A program made the translations under genes and the position numbers. From the IMG/VR virus record IMGVR_UViG_3300027969_000087, positions 4,040 to 68,039 of that record: a DNA stretch of 64,000 bases; one strand, given 5' to 3'. Shown piece by piece: positions 16,156-25,251 of the stretch; positions within the stretch are counted from its first letter, which is position 1, and each line of letters opens with the position of its first letter. This DNA comes from a virus. A model generated the notes under the pieces. It ran no database searches. It was not told the origin of the DNA and saw only the letters and a program-made list of their open reading frames with translations.

Positions 16156-16737
16156 CTATTTGTACATACCTGCAGCGGCTCGCTGCTTGGTCATTACTTT
16201 GGACTTAACTGGGCAGAAGTCGCATAGGTACACACGAGTTCCTGCCGAGGCTGTTGGGGACACTAGGCCAGCATCTTTACGTTCTGCGGCAGTGTTAGGT
16301 ACGAGACGCTTAGACTCTGACTTCCAGTCAGTGCAGCTGTTCTCTGGGCGAAGGTGCTTTGAATAGCACTTTAGCGCATCTTCATGGAAGGTAGCGCGAG
16401 TAGTGTAGTAATCTGGGTCAAGGTTAGACAAACCGCCCGAGATCTGGTCACGCATCTGATCAATGATTGCTTTACGCTGTGACTCTACAGACCAAATCTT
16501 TACACCGATCTTAAAGAGTGTACCCTTATGTGGGACGCCGGTGGTTACATGAGGCTCAATGATAATAGCTAGAAGATTGTCATCGTCTGGGTTGCCTTCA
16601 AAGTCTGGAAGCTCTTCAATAGTCTTGCAGTTCCAGCAGTATAGAACTCGAATCTTTGGTCCATTGTCAACAATTTCTTTGACTGGCCCTTTATCGGCTG
16701 GTACGCCGCTGTTTTGACCAATTATTGGGATACCCAT
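16156..16737 (-). CDS. Cys/His-rich hypothetical protein
   Basis: CWNC, C..H..C, CDFCP; AGGAG SD. Confidence 0.75.
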   Translation of the reverse strand: MGIPIIGQNSGVPADKGPVKEIVDNGPKIRVLYCWNCKTIEELPDFEGNPDDDNLLAIIIEPHVTTGVPHKGTLFKIGVKIWSVESQRKAIIDQMRDQISGGLSNLDPDYYTTRATFHEDALKCYSKHLRPENSCTDWKSESKRLVPNTAAERKDAGLVSPTASAGTRVYLCDFCPVKSKVMTKQRAAAGMYK

Positions 16738-16750
16738 AAGTGCTCCTATT

Positions 16751-16769
16751 AGTAGTTACTGTAACTACT
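16751..16769. promoter_or_regulatory. perfect palindrome, candidate operator
   Basis: AGTAGTTAC-T-GTAACTACT directly upstream of the SD of 16156..16737. Confidence 0.4.
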
Positions 16770-16813
16770 GTACATGCACTTTGGGATTTTATCCGCAGTT
16801 ATTCGAACTAAAT

Positions 16814-17641
16814 TTACCCTACACCGGACTGAATCTCTGGCATATTTTCATACCAGTTATCTCCAGTGTTATCTCTCTCATCTTCCCAGAAATCCACAGC
16901 TTTCCAGTGCGGAGATGCGGCCACGTGGTCACCAGAAGCTAAAAATTCCTCAGCTTTTTGAGTGTGATGGTCAATATGCTCTGTAGCAGTCATAGGGCGA
17001 GAAATTTGCTCTCCAGACGGAGATGTAACAGTAACTCTGTGGAATGTACGACCCTTGTACCTATCTCCAGTAGGTGTTGGTCTAGCAGTAGCTTGTGGAA
17101 AGTCACCAGCTGCCATAGGACGTCGGTTTTTCCAAGGAGTTTCTTCAAGCTTTTCTTTAGATATTCGTTGATCTTCTGGGAGAATAGTTTGTTCAGCACG
17201 TTCTTTTTCTTCATCAGTCATCTCACGAACTTTTAAAGATTCTTCAGCTTTTGCCCGCTCTATACCTGCTTCAGTTTTAGCTCTAGAGGGTCTTTTAGCC
17301 GGCTTACCGGTTTTATCTTCGCCTGTTTCGCCCTTAGCAGCTTTTCTAGCAGCTTTTCTAGCTTCGTACTCTCTTTTACGAGCCGCCTCTTTAGTCTCAG
17401 CTTTTTTATCTGCGTAAGCTTCAACTTTTGCAGCTCTTTCGGCGGCTTTTTTATCTGCTTCTTCTTTTCTGGAGTTAAATCCAGGATTAGGGTCACGCTC
17501 TACTCTATCTGCCTGTCTTGGGAAAGAGTATCCTGGCTCTTGATAAACGGACTTAAATACTGTACTTCTTGGATCCTTTTTAGATTTTTCGTCTAGCTCC
17601 GGATTATTAAGAGGTACCCATGGAATTTCTTGTTCACTCAT
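16814..17641 (-). CDS. Lys/Glu/Ala-rich hypothetical protein
   Basis: 275-aa charged, low-complexity ORF. Confidence 0.7.
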   Translation of the reverse strand: MSEQEIPWVPLNNPELDEKSKKDPRSTVFKSVYQEPGYSFPRQADRVERDPNPGFNSRKEEADKKAAERAAKVEAYADKKAETKEAARKREYEARKAARKAAKGETGEDKTGKPAKRPSRAKTEAGIERAKAEESLKVREMTDEEKERAEQTILPEDQRISKEKLEETPWKNRRPMAAGDFPQATARPTPTGDRYKGRTFHRVTVTSPSGEQISRPMTATEHIDHHTQKAEEFLASGDHVAASPHWKAVDFWEDERDNTGDNWYENMPEIQSGVG

Positions 17642-17649
17642 TATTACAC

Positions 17650-19116
17650 TTACCTATCATCTACAGGTGAGCGCTCTGGGCGGTTTTCACGAGCTTTTGC
17701 AGCTCCAGATTCTTGCTCTATTCTATTCGCCTCTAAAATCTCTGTACGCTCTGCTTCGCTTCGTCTACGAGCTACTTCTTGTCTATGGCGATAAGGCGTG
17801 GAAGCAGACATTTCGTGCTCAGTATATAGGCTATTGTCCGGTTTTAATGCAGGCTGGTTTGTTGGAATCCAGTGATACATCTTATTGCCTTGCGCGTTGA
17901 CAGTATGCTTGCCCTTAAGAGTAGTGGCAGGCACTACCTCAATCATAACTGGTTTACCATCATGCCAAGCCATGGGACGACCAGTGTGATGAGTCATAAC
18001 AGCAAGAGGATAAGCTTTACTAGATTCAATTGGGGTAGTCATTGAGGCGCCTGCTACGGTACCTAGAGTTTCTCCCTCACCCTCGACACCCAAAAGTGCT
18101 TTTTGTGATTCAGAAATTAACCCGCTAATTTCACTACCAGCCGCTTCTCTATCTCTCTTTGCACCAGCTAAGTTAAGATTCATAGCGTCAAATTGCCGAG
18201 AAATACTAAGATCCGATACATCTAATGCTTTTGGTCTAATCCTGGTTTGATCAGGATCAAGAGGGGCGTTAGCAGATGAAGGAAAAGCATCTTCAACAGT
18301 TTGAGTTCTTAGACCTTGTGCAGCGCCCTTACCTGGTTGATGACCTTTTTCTATATACTTCTGACCACTTGCATTTTCTTTTTCTATATCTTCTCTGATA
18401 GATGCTTGGGGAGTACCTTCATCATCAAGAGTTACTTCAACTCCAGTACCCCTGTCGAATCTATTTTTACTGTACATAGTGACATCCGCTATGCCTTCTG
18501 GTGCGTAAATAGGTCTACCAGGACCTTTTGATGGTTCTGCGGGTAAGCCACGTGAACGTCTATTACGGTTACGGCTTCCAGCTCGTTCACGCTCTTCTTT
18601 TTCAGCTTGCAACCTATTAAAGTGTGCAACTGCATCTTTTTCAGGCATAACCCGTGTAGTTTCAAGGCCACCACTTGATGGGCGGATCTCTTCAAAGTTC
18701 TCTCTAGCAAGCTCAGACTCCATAGATTCTGGAACTTCTGGAACACCATCGGTACGTGCAAGTACATTACGAGCAATAGCGGTTGCTATGCGGGATCTAA
18801 ATGCTCCCGGAAATCTTTTAAAACCTTCCATACCTTCAGAAGGATGGGGGATATCAACTAGGTGTGCTGTTTTTCTAGGTGTTACACCTGCGGCAGGTGC
18901 AGCCTCACCAGCAATATTTCTTTGTAGAACTAACAGATTACCGTGCTTTGCGCAAACTGGTGTTACACCAGAACGGTCATCTAATTCACCCTCAGGATCA
19001 TAACCAGGTTTTGTTACATAATGAACATGTGTGGCTTCAGCAGGACATCTGTATTTTTTACCGTTGTGTGACTCAACCATTTGGCACTTAAACGGCGAAG
19101 GTGCTTGAGCATCCAC
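17650..19116 (-). CDS. hypothetical protein with N-terminal C-C-C-H motif
   Basis: 488 aa, GTG start behind AGGA. Confidence 0.7.
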   Translation of the reverse strand: MDAQAPSPFKCQMVESHNGKKYRCPAEATHVHYVTKPGYDPEGELDDRSGVTPVCAKHGNLLVLQRNIAGEAAPAAGVTPRKTAHLVDIPHPSEGMEGFKRFPGAFRSRIATAIARNVLARTDGVPEVPESMESELARENFEEIRPSSGGLETTRVMPEKDAVAHFNRLQAEKEERERAGSRNRNRRSRGLPAEPSKGPGRPIYAPEGIADVTMYSKNRFDRGTGVEVTLDDEGTPQASIREDIEKENASGQKYIEKGHQPGKGAAQGLRTQTVEDAFPSSANAPLDPDQTRIRPKALDVSDLSISRQFDAMNLNLAGAKRDREAAGSEISGLISESQKALLGVEGEGETLGTVAGASMTTPIESSKAYPLAVMTHHTGRPMAWHDGKPVMIEVVPATTLKGKHTVNAQGNKMYHWIPTNQPALKPDNSLYTEHEMSASTPYRHRQEVARRRSEAERTEILEANRIEQESGAAKARENRPERSPVDDR

Positions 19117-19119
19117 GTG

Positions 19120-19257
19120 CTATTCCTGTTCTGAATGTAATTTATCTAACGCTTCTTCTAACAATGCGTATAGTTCTTCTTCTGTTCTTCTAGAATGTAA
19201 TTCTTTAAGGGTCCGCTCTTTGTGAGTTAGGCCCTCATCTTCCTCATCATAGAACAT
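19120..19257 (-). CDS. small acidic protein (45 aa)
   Basis: MFYDEEDEGLTHKERTLKELHS... fills the gap between neighbours. Confidence 0.5.
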   Translation of the reverse strand: MFYDEEDEGLTHKERTLKELHSRRTEEELYALLEEALDKLHSEQE

Positions 19258-19259
19258 TA

Positions 19260-19550
19260 TTACTTATACCCGCCATCTTCCGCATCGTCATATGAAAGGT
19301 AGTTATCGAGCCCATCGATAATGTGCATACCATACGGCATGTATGGGCCGCTAGTACGGCTATTAGGATGAACATATTGAGTTTCTGGCTCTGGAGCAGC
19401 ACTAGTGCAGCCGCAGCTGCCTCTTTCGTTTCTCTTTACTCCACAGCCCTGGCAAGTACCATCGCAAGAACATCCGCCCATTACATTCTTTAGTTGGCTA
19501 CAATCTCTGCAGACACCCGAAGTAGTCTGACTCTTGCGTCTTCTCCACAT
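19260..19550 (-). CDS. protein with two tandem C-x2-C-x9-C-x-C motifs
   Basis: SGVCRDCSQLKNVMGGCSC and GTCQGCGVKRNERGSCGC. Confidence 0.7.
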   Translation of the reverse strand: MWRRRKSQTTSGVCRDCSQLKNVMGGCSCDGTCQGCGVKRNERGSCGCTSAAPEPETQYVHPNSRTSGPYMPYGMHIIDGLDNYLSYDDAEDGGYK

Positions 19551-19552
19551 GA

Positions 19553-19843
19553 TTACTGATCCTGAGCAGATGTACTGTAATTAGTTAGGTAAGATACTGG
19601 GGCAGCGTAAGCAGGTGCTGGACCTGACTTAGTCTCTGCGGCACCTGGAGATACCTGGTTAGATGACTCGGTGTCAATGAAACCATAGTTAAAGAAAGGG
19701 TGCAGACCTGCACGGTTTGCCTTAACTAGTTCTTCACCAAGACCTGGGGCTACATCCGTATGCGGGCGTGCCTTACGGTACTTACCGTCAGTAGCGCCTT
19801 CATTCATCGCCTGATTAGGGGACTTGTATTGATAAACGGCCAT
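19553..19843 (-). CDS. hypothetical protein
   Basis: 96 aa, TAATG coupling. Confidence 0.7.
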   Translation of the reverse strand: MAVYQYKSPNQAMNEGATDGKYRKARPHTDVAPGLGEELVKANRAGLHPFFNYGFIDTESSNQVSPGAAETKSGPAPAYAAPVSYLTNYSTSAQDQ

Positions 19844-20955
19844 TATGATTTTCCTGTCATTCTGTTGTGTAGGGTATGAGCTGCGTCTACGCTTAAACCG
19901 TGATCAGTCATAAGTTCATGGATATGCTTTGCGGACTTTGCATCTACTGCACGTGTATCCATAATATTGTGCATACTTTCAGCTGTCTTGGTATCTACAT
20001 CCCAACCAACCATGGTATCCATAAGCCTAGTTTTTGCGGCTAGACCCGCAGCACTAACTCCAGCAGGGCTTGCTGCTGCAGCAGCACGACCTACGTTAAC
20101 ACCTTCAGAATCAGTATCAGCAGCAACGTTAGCTTCCCGACGTGCACGTGCCTGACGTTCTTGATTCAAATCAGACTTAGTATCTTTTTCACGCTTCTTG
20201 TACCACTCATGCTGTTCTTTCTGCGTGTATGGTTCTCCACTAGAGTGACGAGGGGCGGTTGGATTGTGGCCATAAGATACGTCGTGTACTTGTTCGTCTG
20301 GGTAGAAACTATCACCTACATGAATACCTTGTACTCCATCAACAGTCCCTGACTTTACACCATGAATGTGGAAAGAGCCTAGGTGGTGTACGCCCTCACC
20401 GTATGGCTTCTTTAGGCTAACGGTTGCCTGATAGAAGGTAGGGCTTGATGGATGTTTTAGCATCTTAGTCATATAATCTACGTGCTGTGAAGCAGATGAA
20501 CTAAGACCACCAAATCTTGGTGTAAATGTAGCAGTTTTAGTTTGACGATCAATTTGTACCCCAGCGTTGCCTTCTATGTGTGCGCGAGCCGCATCTGGAT
20601 CAGAAGCATGCGCAATAATGCTTTCTCTAAGATCATCTACTGGAGCACGCAAAGACTGTGGTAGTACAAGATTAGCGGTCTCGTCACTAACTCCCTTAGA
20701 TGTCTCAGCTGCTAGACCTGGTACTGCTACCTTAAGAGCTGTTTGGGCATCAGGGGTTGCAGCCATTTTTCTTTCATAATTCTTTTTACGAGTACCTGTA
20801 AAGAATTTATGAGCATACTTAGCTTGCTCTTCAGGAGTATCGTAATAATGCGTATGAAGTCTTTGACCATCTTTTTCTGGTGGTCCCTCAATTAAAGGGT
20901 CGCCACATAGCTCGCACCTATTTTGCACAGCAAATTGGTCTTGATCTTGAATCAT
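19843..20955 (-). CDS. hypothetical His-rich protein with N-terminal CxxC
   Basis: 370 aa, AAGGAG SD. Confidence 0.7.
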   Translation of the reverse strand: MIQDQDQFAVQNRCELCGDPLIEGPPEKDGQRLHTHYYDTPEEQAKYAHKFFTGTRKKNYERKMAATPDAQTALKVAVPGLAAETSKGVSDETANLVLPQSLRAPVDDLRESIIAHASDPDAARAHIEGNAGVQIDRQTKTATFTPRFGGLSSSASQHVDYMTKMLKHPSSPTFYQATVSLKKPYGEGVHHLGSFHIHGVKSGTVDGVQGIHVGDSFYPDEQVHDVSYGHNPTAPRHSSGEPYTQKEQHEWYKKREKDTKSDLNQERQARARREANVAADTDSEGVNVGRAAAAASPAGVSAAGLAAKTRLMDTMVGWDVDTKTAESMHNIMDTRAVDAKSAKHIHELMTDHGLSVDAAHTLHNRMTGKS

Positions 20956-21104
20956 GCCATTGCTCCTTTTAGTTTCTTAGTAAAAGCTTCATTTTTGCAG
21001 GTTGGACAAGTACTATTATCCACTACAAATAGTCTTTCTACAGGGTTAATTAGTTCCCCGCACTTTTTGCATTCTGCGGAGTAATTGTACTGAGTGTCGG
21101 TCAT
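20952..21104 (-). CDS. small zinc-finger protein (50 aa)
   Basis: MTDTQYNYSAECKKCGELINPVE...CPTCK; ATGA overlaps at both ends. Confidence 0.7.
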   Translation of the reverse strand: MTDTQYNYSAECKKCGELINPVERLFVVDNSTCPTCKNEAFTKKLKGAMA

Positions 21105-21973
21105 GACTGCTCATTCATACGAACACTATTGCCGCTGGCGTCGGTGGTTGATCTAAAGAGACCTGCAGAGCGATGGGTACGTAGCTGAGGTAATTCTTGA
21201 TACTCTCTATGACGAGGGTTCTTTTGATTTGCAGTTCTAGCATCCCAGTGCAAAATCAAACGATCTTTATGATCTGCAGTGTCAGGGGTGCACTGTCCTG
21301 TAGTGCAAGCTTCATCTTGAAAATGGACGGTTCCTCCCTTAGACCAAGCCATATGCTTGTAATCTTCAAGGGTAGATGTTGGCTTGATAACTCCTGTAGT
21401 GGCATATGCATCGCTAACATCAAATGAGGGAGGCTTTATGAGCTTAGTGTTAGTTCCATGAGTATCGCACTCTCCAGCAAACATTTGCACACCACAGTTT
21501 TCGCAAACACCTTGTTTTTCTCTGCGACGAACTTCAATTTCTCCAAGAGTCTGAAGACCTTGACGAGTCTTTCCACCCTTATCTGGAATAAAAGAATTAG
21601 GAGAACAAGAAGGGCAGGCGAGCCTAGAATCTCCACCAAAGTTATTTGTACTCTCTTGTGCAGGACCATTACACCAAGTGCACTTTCCACCAACAATTTT
21701 GCTTTGCTCTCTAGCTTTTGCAGCAGCGTTGCCTCTTTTAGCCTCTTCTTCTAATCTGTCTGTAAGAGCTTTTTCATTAGCTGATTTACACCTGGGACAT
21801 ACCTGTACGTAGGATGGAAGCCAATCCTTACAATCAGGACACATACGGTCTTTACCACCAGGTTTTGTAGTAAACCTTGCTGTAGGGTCAAACTTTATAT
21901 CAATAGGTGGGTTTGCGTCTTTAGTTACAGGAAGCTCATTGCCCCAGTCTTCAGGCTTGGAAGTGTCCGCCAT
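21101..21973 (-). CDS. multi-zinc-ribbon protein
   Basis: CPDC/CPRC, CTWC/CPSC, CENC..C..H. Confidence 0.7.
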   Translation of the reverse strand: MADTSKPEDWGNELPVTKDANPPIDIKFDPTARFTTKPGGKDRMCPDCKDWLPSYVQVCPRCKSANEKALTDRLEEEAKRGNAAAKAREQSKIVGGKCTWCNGPAQESTNNFGGDSRLACPSCSPNSFIPDKGGKTRQGLQTLGEIEVRRREKQGVCENCGVQMFAGECDTHGTNTKLIKPPSFDVSDAYATTGVIKPTSTLEDYKHMAWSKGGTVHFQDEACTTGQCTPDTADHKDRLILHWDARTANQKNPRHREYQELPQLRTHRSAGLFRSTTDASGNSVRMNEQS

Positions 21974-21987
21974 AATTTAATCCTTAC

Positions 21988-22332
21988 TTACCAGGCAGCG
22001 TTGCCTGAAGAGTTTCTGCTAGTTCCTTCAAATCCTGCGGCGCCAGTTAGCTCAGTACGTGGCTCTGCATAGATTGCATCTACGTCCATAATGTCAGAAA
22101 TTTGCAGTTGGCGTGTTCTATACCCGTATCTAGACCTAAATAATTGTACTTGTGGCAGGGGTGGGCGCACAATATCGGCTAGATATTCTCCCGGAACAGT
22201 GTTAGCTGCTAGTGCTTGAGAGGTTAGCTGCTGCTCTTTATCGCTAAATGGTCCCATGTAATCGTATCGAGGGCCCTGCTTGTCATCTCTCCAAGGCTTT
22301 GTATGATCATAGACACCGTCTTGTGACTCCAT
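21988..22332 (-). CDS. hypothetical protein
   Basis: 114 aa, TAATG coupling. Confidence 0.7.
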   Translation of the reverse strand: MESQDGVYDHTKPWRDDKQGPRYDYMGPFSDKEQQLTSQALAANTVPGEYLADIVRPPLPQVQLFRSRYGYRTRQLQISDIMDVDAIYAEPRTELTGAAGFEGTSRNSSGNAAW

Positions 22333-23168
22333 TATTTAATATGCTCCGTTGCTCCCGTGTAAAACTCCACGGATCGTGGAGTAAACGCTCTTGGACGTAA
22401 AATTACCGCGCTATCATTATATAGCTCCGGAGTTTCAGGGACATGTAAATAGTCATGACCCTCTTTTCTTAAGTGTATATTTACCCCAGCGAGATCAGAC
22501 CCTAACAATGGGGATCCGTCGCTTTTTACTGCAAAACTACCTTTAGCTGGGTAAAGAGTTTCATAAGGTGTGCCTTTTTTAGGATCAACTACTGATCTTG
22601 AAGAGCCTATGTGAGTACCTATATGTTGTATATGGGTAAACATTTCGTATGCTCTTTTAGGGTAAATACCGTGCTTTTCAATTAAATCTCTAGGTGTTTT
22701 AGCCCCTAGTTTTTCTACAAGATCTTTGTATACATGGCCTAATGAGGGACCTGACGGATCAGAAAAAGGTACAAACATTGGTTCGCCCAGATGAGGTTTT
22801 TTCCCTAGTAATTTATCAGATATTTTTCTTACTTTTGGATCTTCAGCTAAGTTAGTAAGTTCTTCAAATTGCATAGAGACCGGGGATTTTGCCTGTAATT
22901 CGCCAGAAACTAATGCTCCAGAAGGGTAATCATCTGCGTAACTTTTAGCGTGCTTCTTACTACCAGTTACATAAAGGCCTGGGCCATAAAGACGTGGGTA
23001 CTCGTCTCCTCTACCTTGTGTTGAAAGACTTGTAGAGCTAAATCCAGTCCTAATTTTTGAAGGTTCTTGAGGACGATTTACTCTAAGTCCAGATAGTACT
23101 CTTGCGGAACCAGCGTCTGTACCATGATATGCGGTTCCCCTACCTAAAGAAAATTCTTCTAAACTCAT
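22332..23168 (-). CDS. ADP-ribosyltransferase-fold protein (H-Y type)
   Basis: AYHGT ... YGPGLYVT ... AKSYA ... GHD ... AVIL. Confidence 0.7.
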   Translation of the reverse strand: MSLEEFSLGRGTAYHGTDAGSARVLSGLRVNRPQEPSKIRTGFSSTSLSTQGRGDEYPRLYGPGLYVTGSKKHAKSYADDYPSGALVSGELQAKSPVSMQFEELTNLAEDPKVRKISDKLLGKKPHLGEPMFVPFSDPSGPSLGHVYKDLVEKLGAKTPRDLIEKHGIYPKRAYEMFTHIQHIGTHIGSSRSVVDPKKGTPYETLYPAKGSFAVKSDGSPLLGSDLAGVNIHLRKEGHDYLHVPETPELYNDSAVILRPRAFTPRSVEFYTGATEHIK

Positions 23169-23173
23169 ATCAG

Positions 23174-23704
23174 CTACCAGTTCGGTCTTAGGTGAGCTAA
23201 GTTAGCTGCACGAGCGTAGTTGACATCGGCTGGGTCAGTAGCCTTGATGTTTGCTTTACCATCATTAACAAGAGAAGGTGGTGGAGCCATCTGTAACTTT
23301 TGGGCATGGCGTGGAACCATCAAGTTGATAGACCCGTCATTGTCTACTGGCTTGACCCTTACTTTCATTCTTTGATCTGGCTCTAAACCCTTTGGCCAGT
23401 AATATTGGCCCGGATCAATGCGCTCACCCTTGTGTACACCACGTTGGTAGGCTCGCTGGTTACTTCTTTGCTTCAAAGAGTCCAGTACCGTGTCGGTACC
23501 ATTACCCTTATCATCACGACGTGAGCGGATTGTGCCTAGGTAACCATCTGGATACTCAGCAGCAGGGGTCTTGCCGACACCCATTCGGGCAAAGTCCATC
23601 TCACTACGACCAGTTACGGGCGTGCCGCCGCCGCCGGTGGTGGTGTAGGAACCTACAAATCCATTACCGCCAAGGTATTGCCAATTTTGATGAGATGAAG
23701 GCAT
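23174..23704 (-). CDS. hypothetical protein
   Basis: 176 aa, contains PAAEYPDGYLGTI and RGVHKGERID. Confidence 0.75.
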   Translation of the reverse strand: MPSSHQNWQYLGGNGFVGSYTTTGGGGTPVTGRSEMDFARMGVGKTPAAEYPDGYLGTIRSRRDDKGNGTDTVLDSLKQRSNQRAYQRGVHKGERIDPGQYYWPKGLEPDQRMKVRVKPVDNDGSINLMVPRHAQKLQMAPPPSLVNDGKANIKATDPADVNYARAANLAHLRPNW

Positions 23705-23741
23705 ACTCTCATTTTCCTTTACTTATTGAGAGTTGTAAGGC

Positions 23742-24215
23742 TTAACCAAACAAATGTGGTGGTCCAGTATCGTTACAGTCGCAACCACCCCTATCGGTTC
23801 TTAATTTACTACAAGTTCTACAAACTCCGGACGCTATGGGGGGCACAGGATCACGAGTACTTTTTGCCCAAGCCGTACCTTCTGGGGTCCTATTATCAGA
23901 GTGCTTTGGCAACTGTAAGGGTACTGGTGAATCTTTGCCATGCGTGGTAACAAAATCTTTTGCAGCAGACCACATTGCTGTGGCTATACCTTTTCTTCTG
24001 TAATAAGGGTGTACCTCTATATAAAGTAAGTGACCTGTTTCAGGGTGCCAGTGCATTGCCCCAACATTTTGCATCCCTCTTTCAGGGTCATGTATGTCTG
24101 GAGCTTTAGTGTATAAAGCAAAATAGTTATTTCTACCAGTGTTATTAGTATGAAGCTCTTTAGGACCACCGGTAAAGTCATGCTGTAGTGACTTTGGGTC
24201 AATCTTGTTGTCCAT
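23742..24215 (-). CDS. GNAT-family acetyltransferase with C-terminal Cys4 tag
   Basis: IEVHPYYRRKGIATAM acetyl-CoA motif A; HSDNRTPEGTAW; C-terminal SGVCRTC..GGCDC. Confidence 0.8.
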   Translation of the reverse strand: MDNKIDPKSLQHDFTGGPKELHTNNTGRNNYFALYTKAPDIHDPERGMQNVGAMHWHPETGHLLYIEVHPYYRRKGIATAMWSAAKDFVTTHGKDSPVPLQLPKHSDNRTPEGTAWAKSTRDPVPPIASGVCRTCSKLRTDRGGCDCNDTGPPHLFG

Positions 24216-24660
24216 TACAACTACAACCTCCATCTAAGTCTCTTAAATCATTGCAGTCTCTGCATACCCCAGAATGGGTGACTTCTCTGTCAACTACAAA
24301 ACCTGATGGGCTCTTGTAGTCTTTAAACTTTTTCTGACCAGGCTCATTTCCGCCAAATTCATCAACAGTTACGTCATCTGCAACAGGTTTCACCCTGTAA
24401 ACCCTAGTTTTTACCTCTGGACCTGGCGGAACTGAGTATTTGTTGTCACGATTTTTCCAAAAAGATGCGTGTTGACCATAGTTTACTGCACTAAATAGTC
24501 TGTCACTTGCGTATGCAAAATCAGGGGCATTGTAACCCTCAGGAGCATACTGTCCATCACCATAATTAGAGTCAGCTCCGCTTTTACCTCTAGGAAGAAT
24601 TACATCCCCCGGATTTAATGCGACATGGGTGCCATGCCAAAAGTGTTCAGGCCTGTTCAT
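24199..24660 (-). CDS. Arr-like ADP-ribosyltransferase with C-terminal Cys4 tag
   Basis: FWHGT-x3-L-x-PGD-x-I, FAYAS, RVYRVKP, KSPSGFVV; C-terminal SGVCRDC..GGCSC. Confidence 0.75.
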   Translation of the reverse strand: MNRPEHFWHGTHVALNPGDVILPRGKSGADSNYGDGQYAPEGYNAPDFAYASDRLFSAVNYGQHASFWKNRDNKYSVPPGPEVKTRVYRVKPVADDVTVDEFGGNEPGQKKFKDYKSPSGFVVDREVTHSGVCRDCNDLRDLDGGCSCNGQQD

Positions 24661-24672
24661 TAGTGCTTTACC

Positions 24673-25179
24673 CTAAACTCCCTTTATATGGGCAACATCT
24701 TCTTTAAGGCCCTGCTTAACGCTAGTCATATGGTCATGAGTAGCGTTAAGGTCATCTGCTAAAAGGGCGGCCTCAGCATCATTTAATTTAGATATATGCC
24801 CAATAGCGTTATTTTGAAGAGTAGTGGCTAACTGCTCATTATCGTTTTTCATCTTATTTTTTAACTCTAGTTTATTAGCACACTCGGGGCAAGATACTTC
24901 TTTTTCTTTTCCTGAGGAGACATCTGTTGAAGAAAGTCTTTGTATATGCTCATTTATATTATTTCTTACTCTATCTATACGCTCATGCGCAATTTCTTTT
25001 AATCCATTTTTTGCTGCATGAGCCCCATTTTCAACTAGATCTGCTTTTTCTGTATAGTCTCTATTTATACGCCCAAATAATTTCTTATATTTATCTATCA
25101 TATGCATGAGGTCGTAAGCATGGTTAGTACATGTAGCACATGGTTGTGCGTCTGCAAACTGGGAAGTTTCCGGGTTCAT
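24673..25179 (-). CDS. hypothetical helical protein with CxxC pair
   Basis: CATC ... CPEC; AT-rich. Confidence 0.65.
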   Translation of the reverse strand: MNPETSQFADAQPCATCTNHAYDLMHMIDKYKKLFGRINRDYTEKADLVENGAHAAKNGLKEIAHERIDRVRNNINEHIQRLSSTDVSSGKEKEVSCPECANKLELKNKMKNDNEQLATTLQNNAIGHISKLNDAEAALLADDLNATHDHMTSVKQGLKEDVAHIKGV

Positions 25180-25191
25180 TCATACAGCATA

Positions 25192-25232
25192 ACAAAAGAA
25201 CGGGCCCGCAACTCGGTTAAGAGTCCGGGCCC
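25192..25232 (-). terminator. intrinsic terminator
   Basis: GGGCCCG...CGGGCCC stem followed by GTTCTTTTGT on the - strand. Confidence 0.65.
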
Positions 25233-25251
25233 ATCAATTATTTATACTCTA

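Noticed and set aside
24199-24660. Rifampin-resistance gene arr
   Set aside because: Only the fold-level ART motifs match; the context (GNAT, second ART, shared tag) points to another substrate
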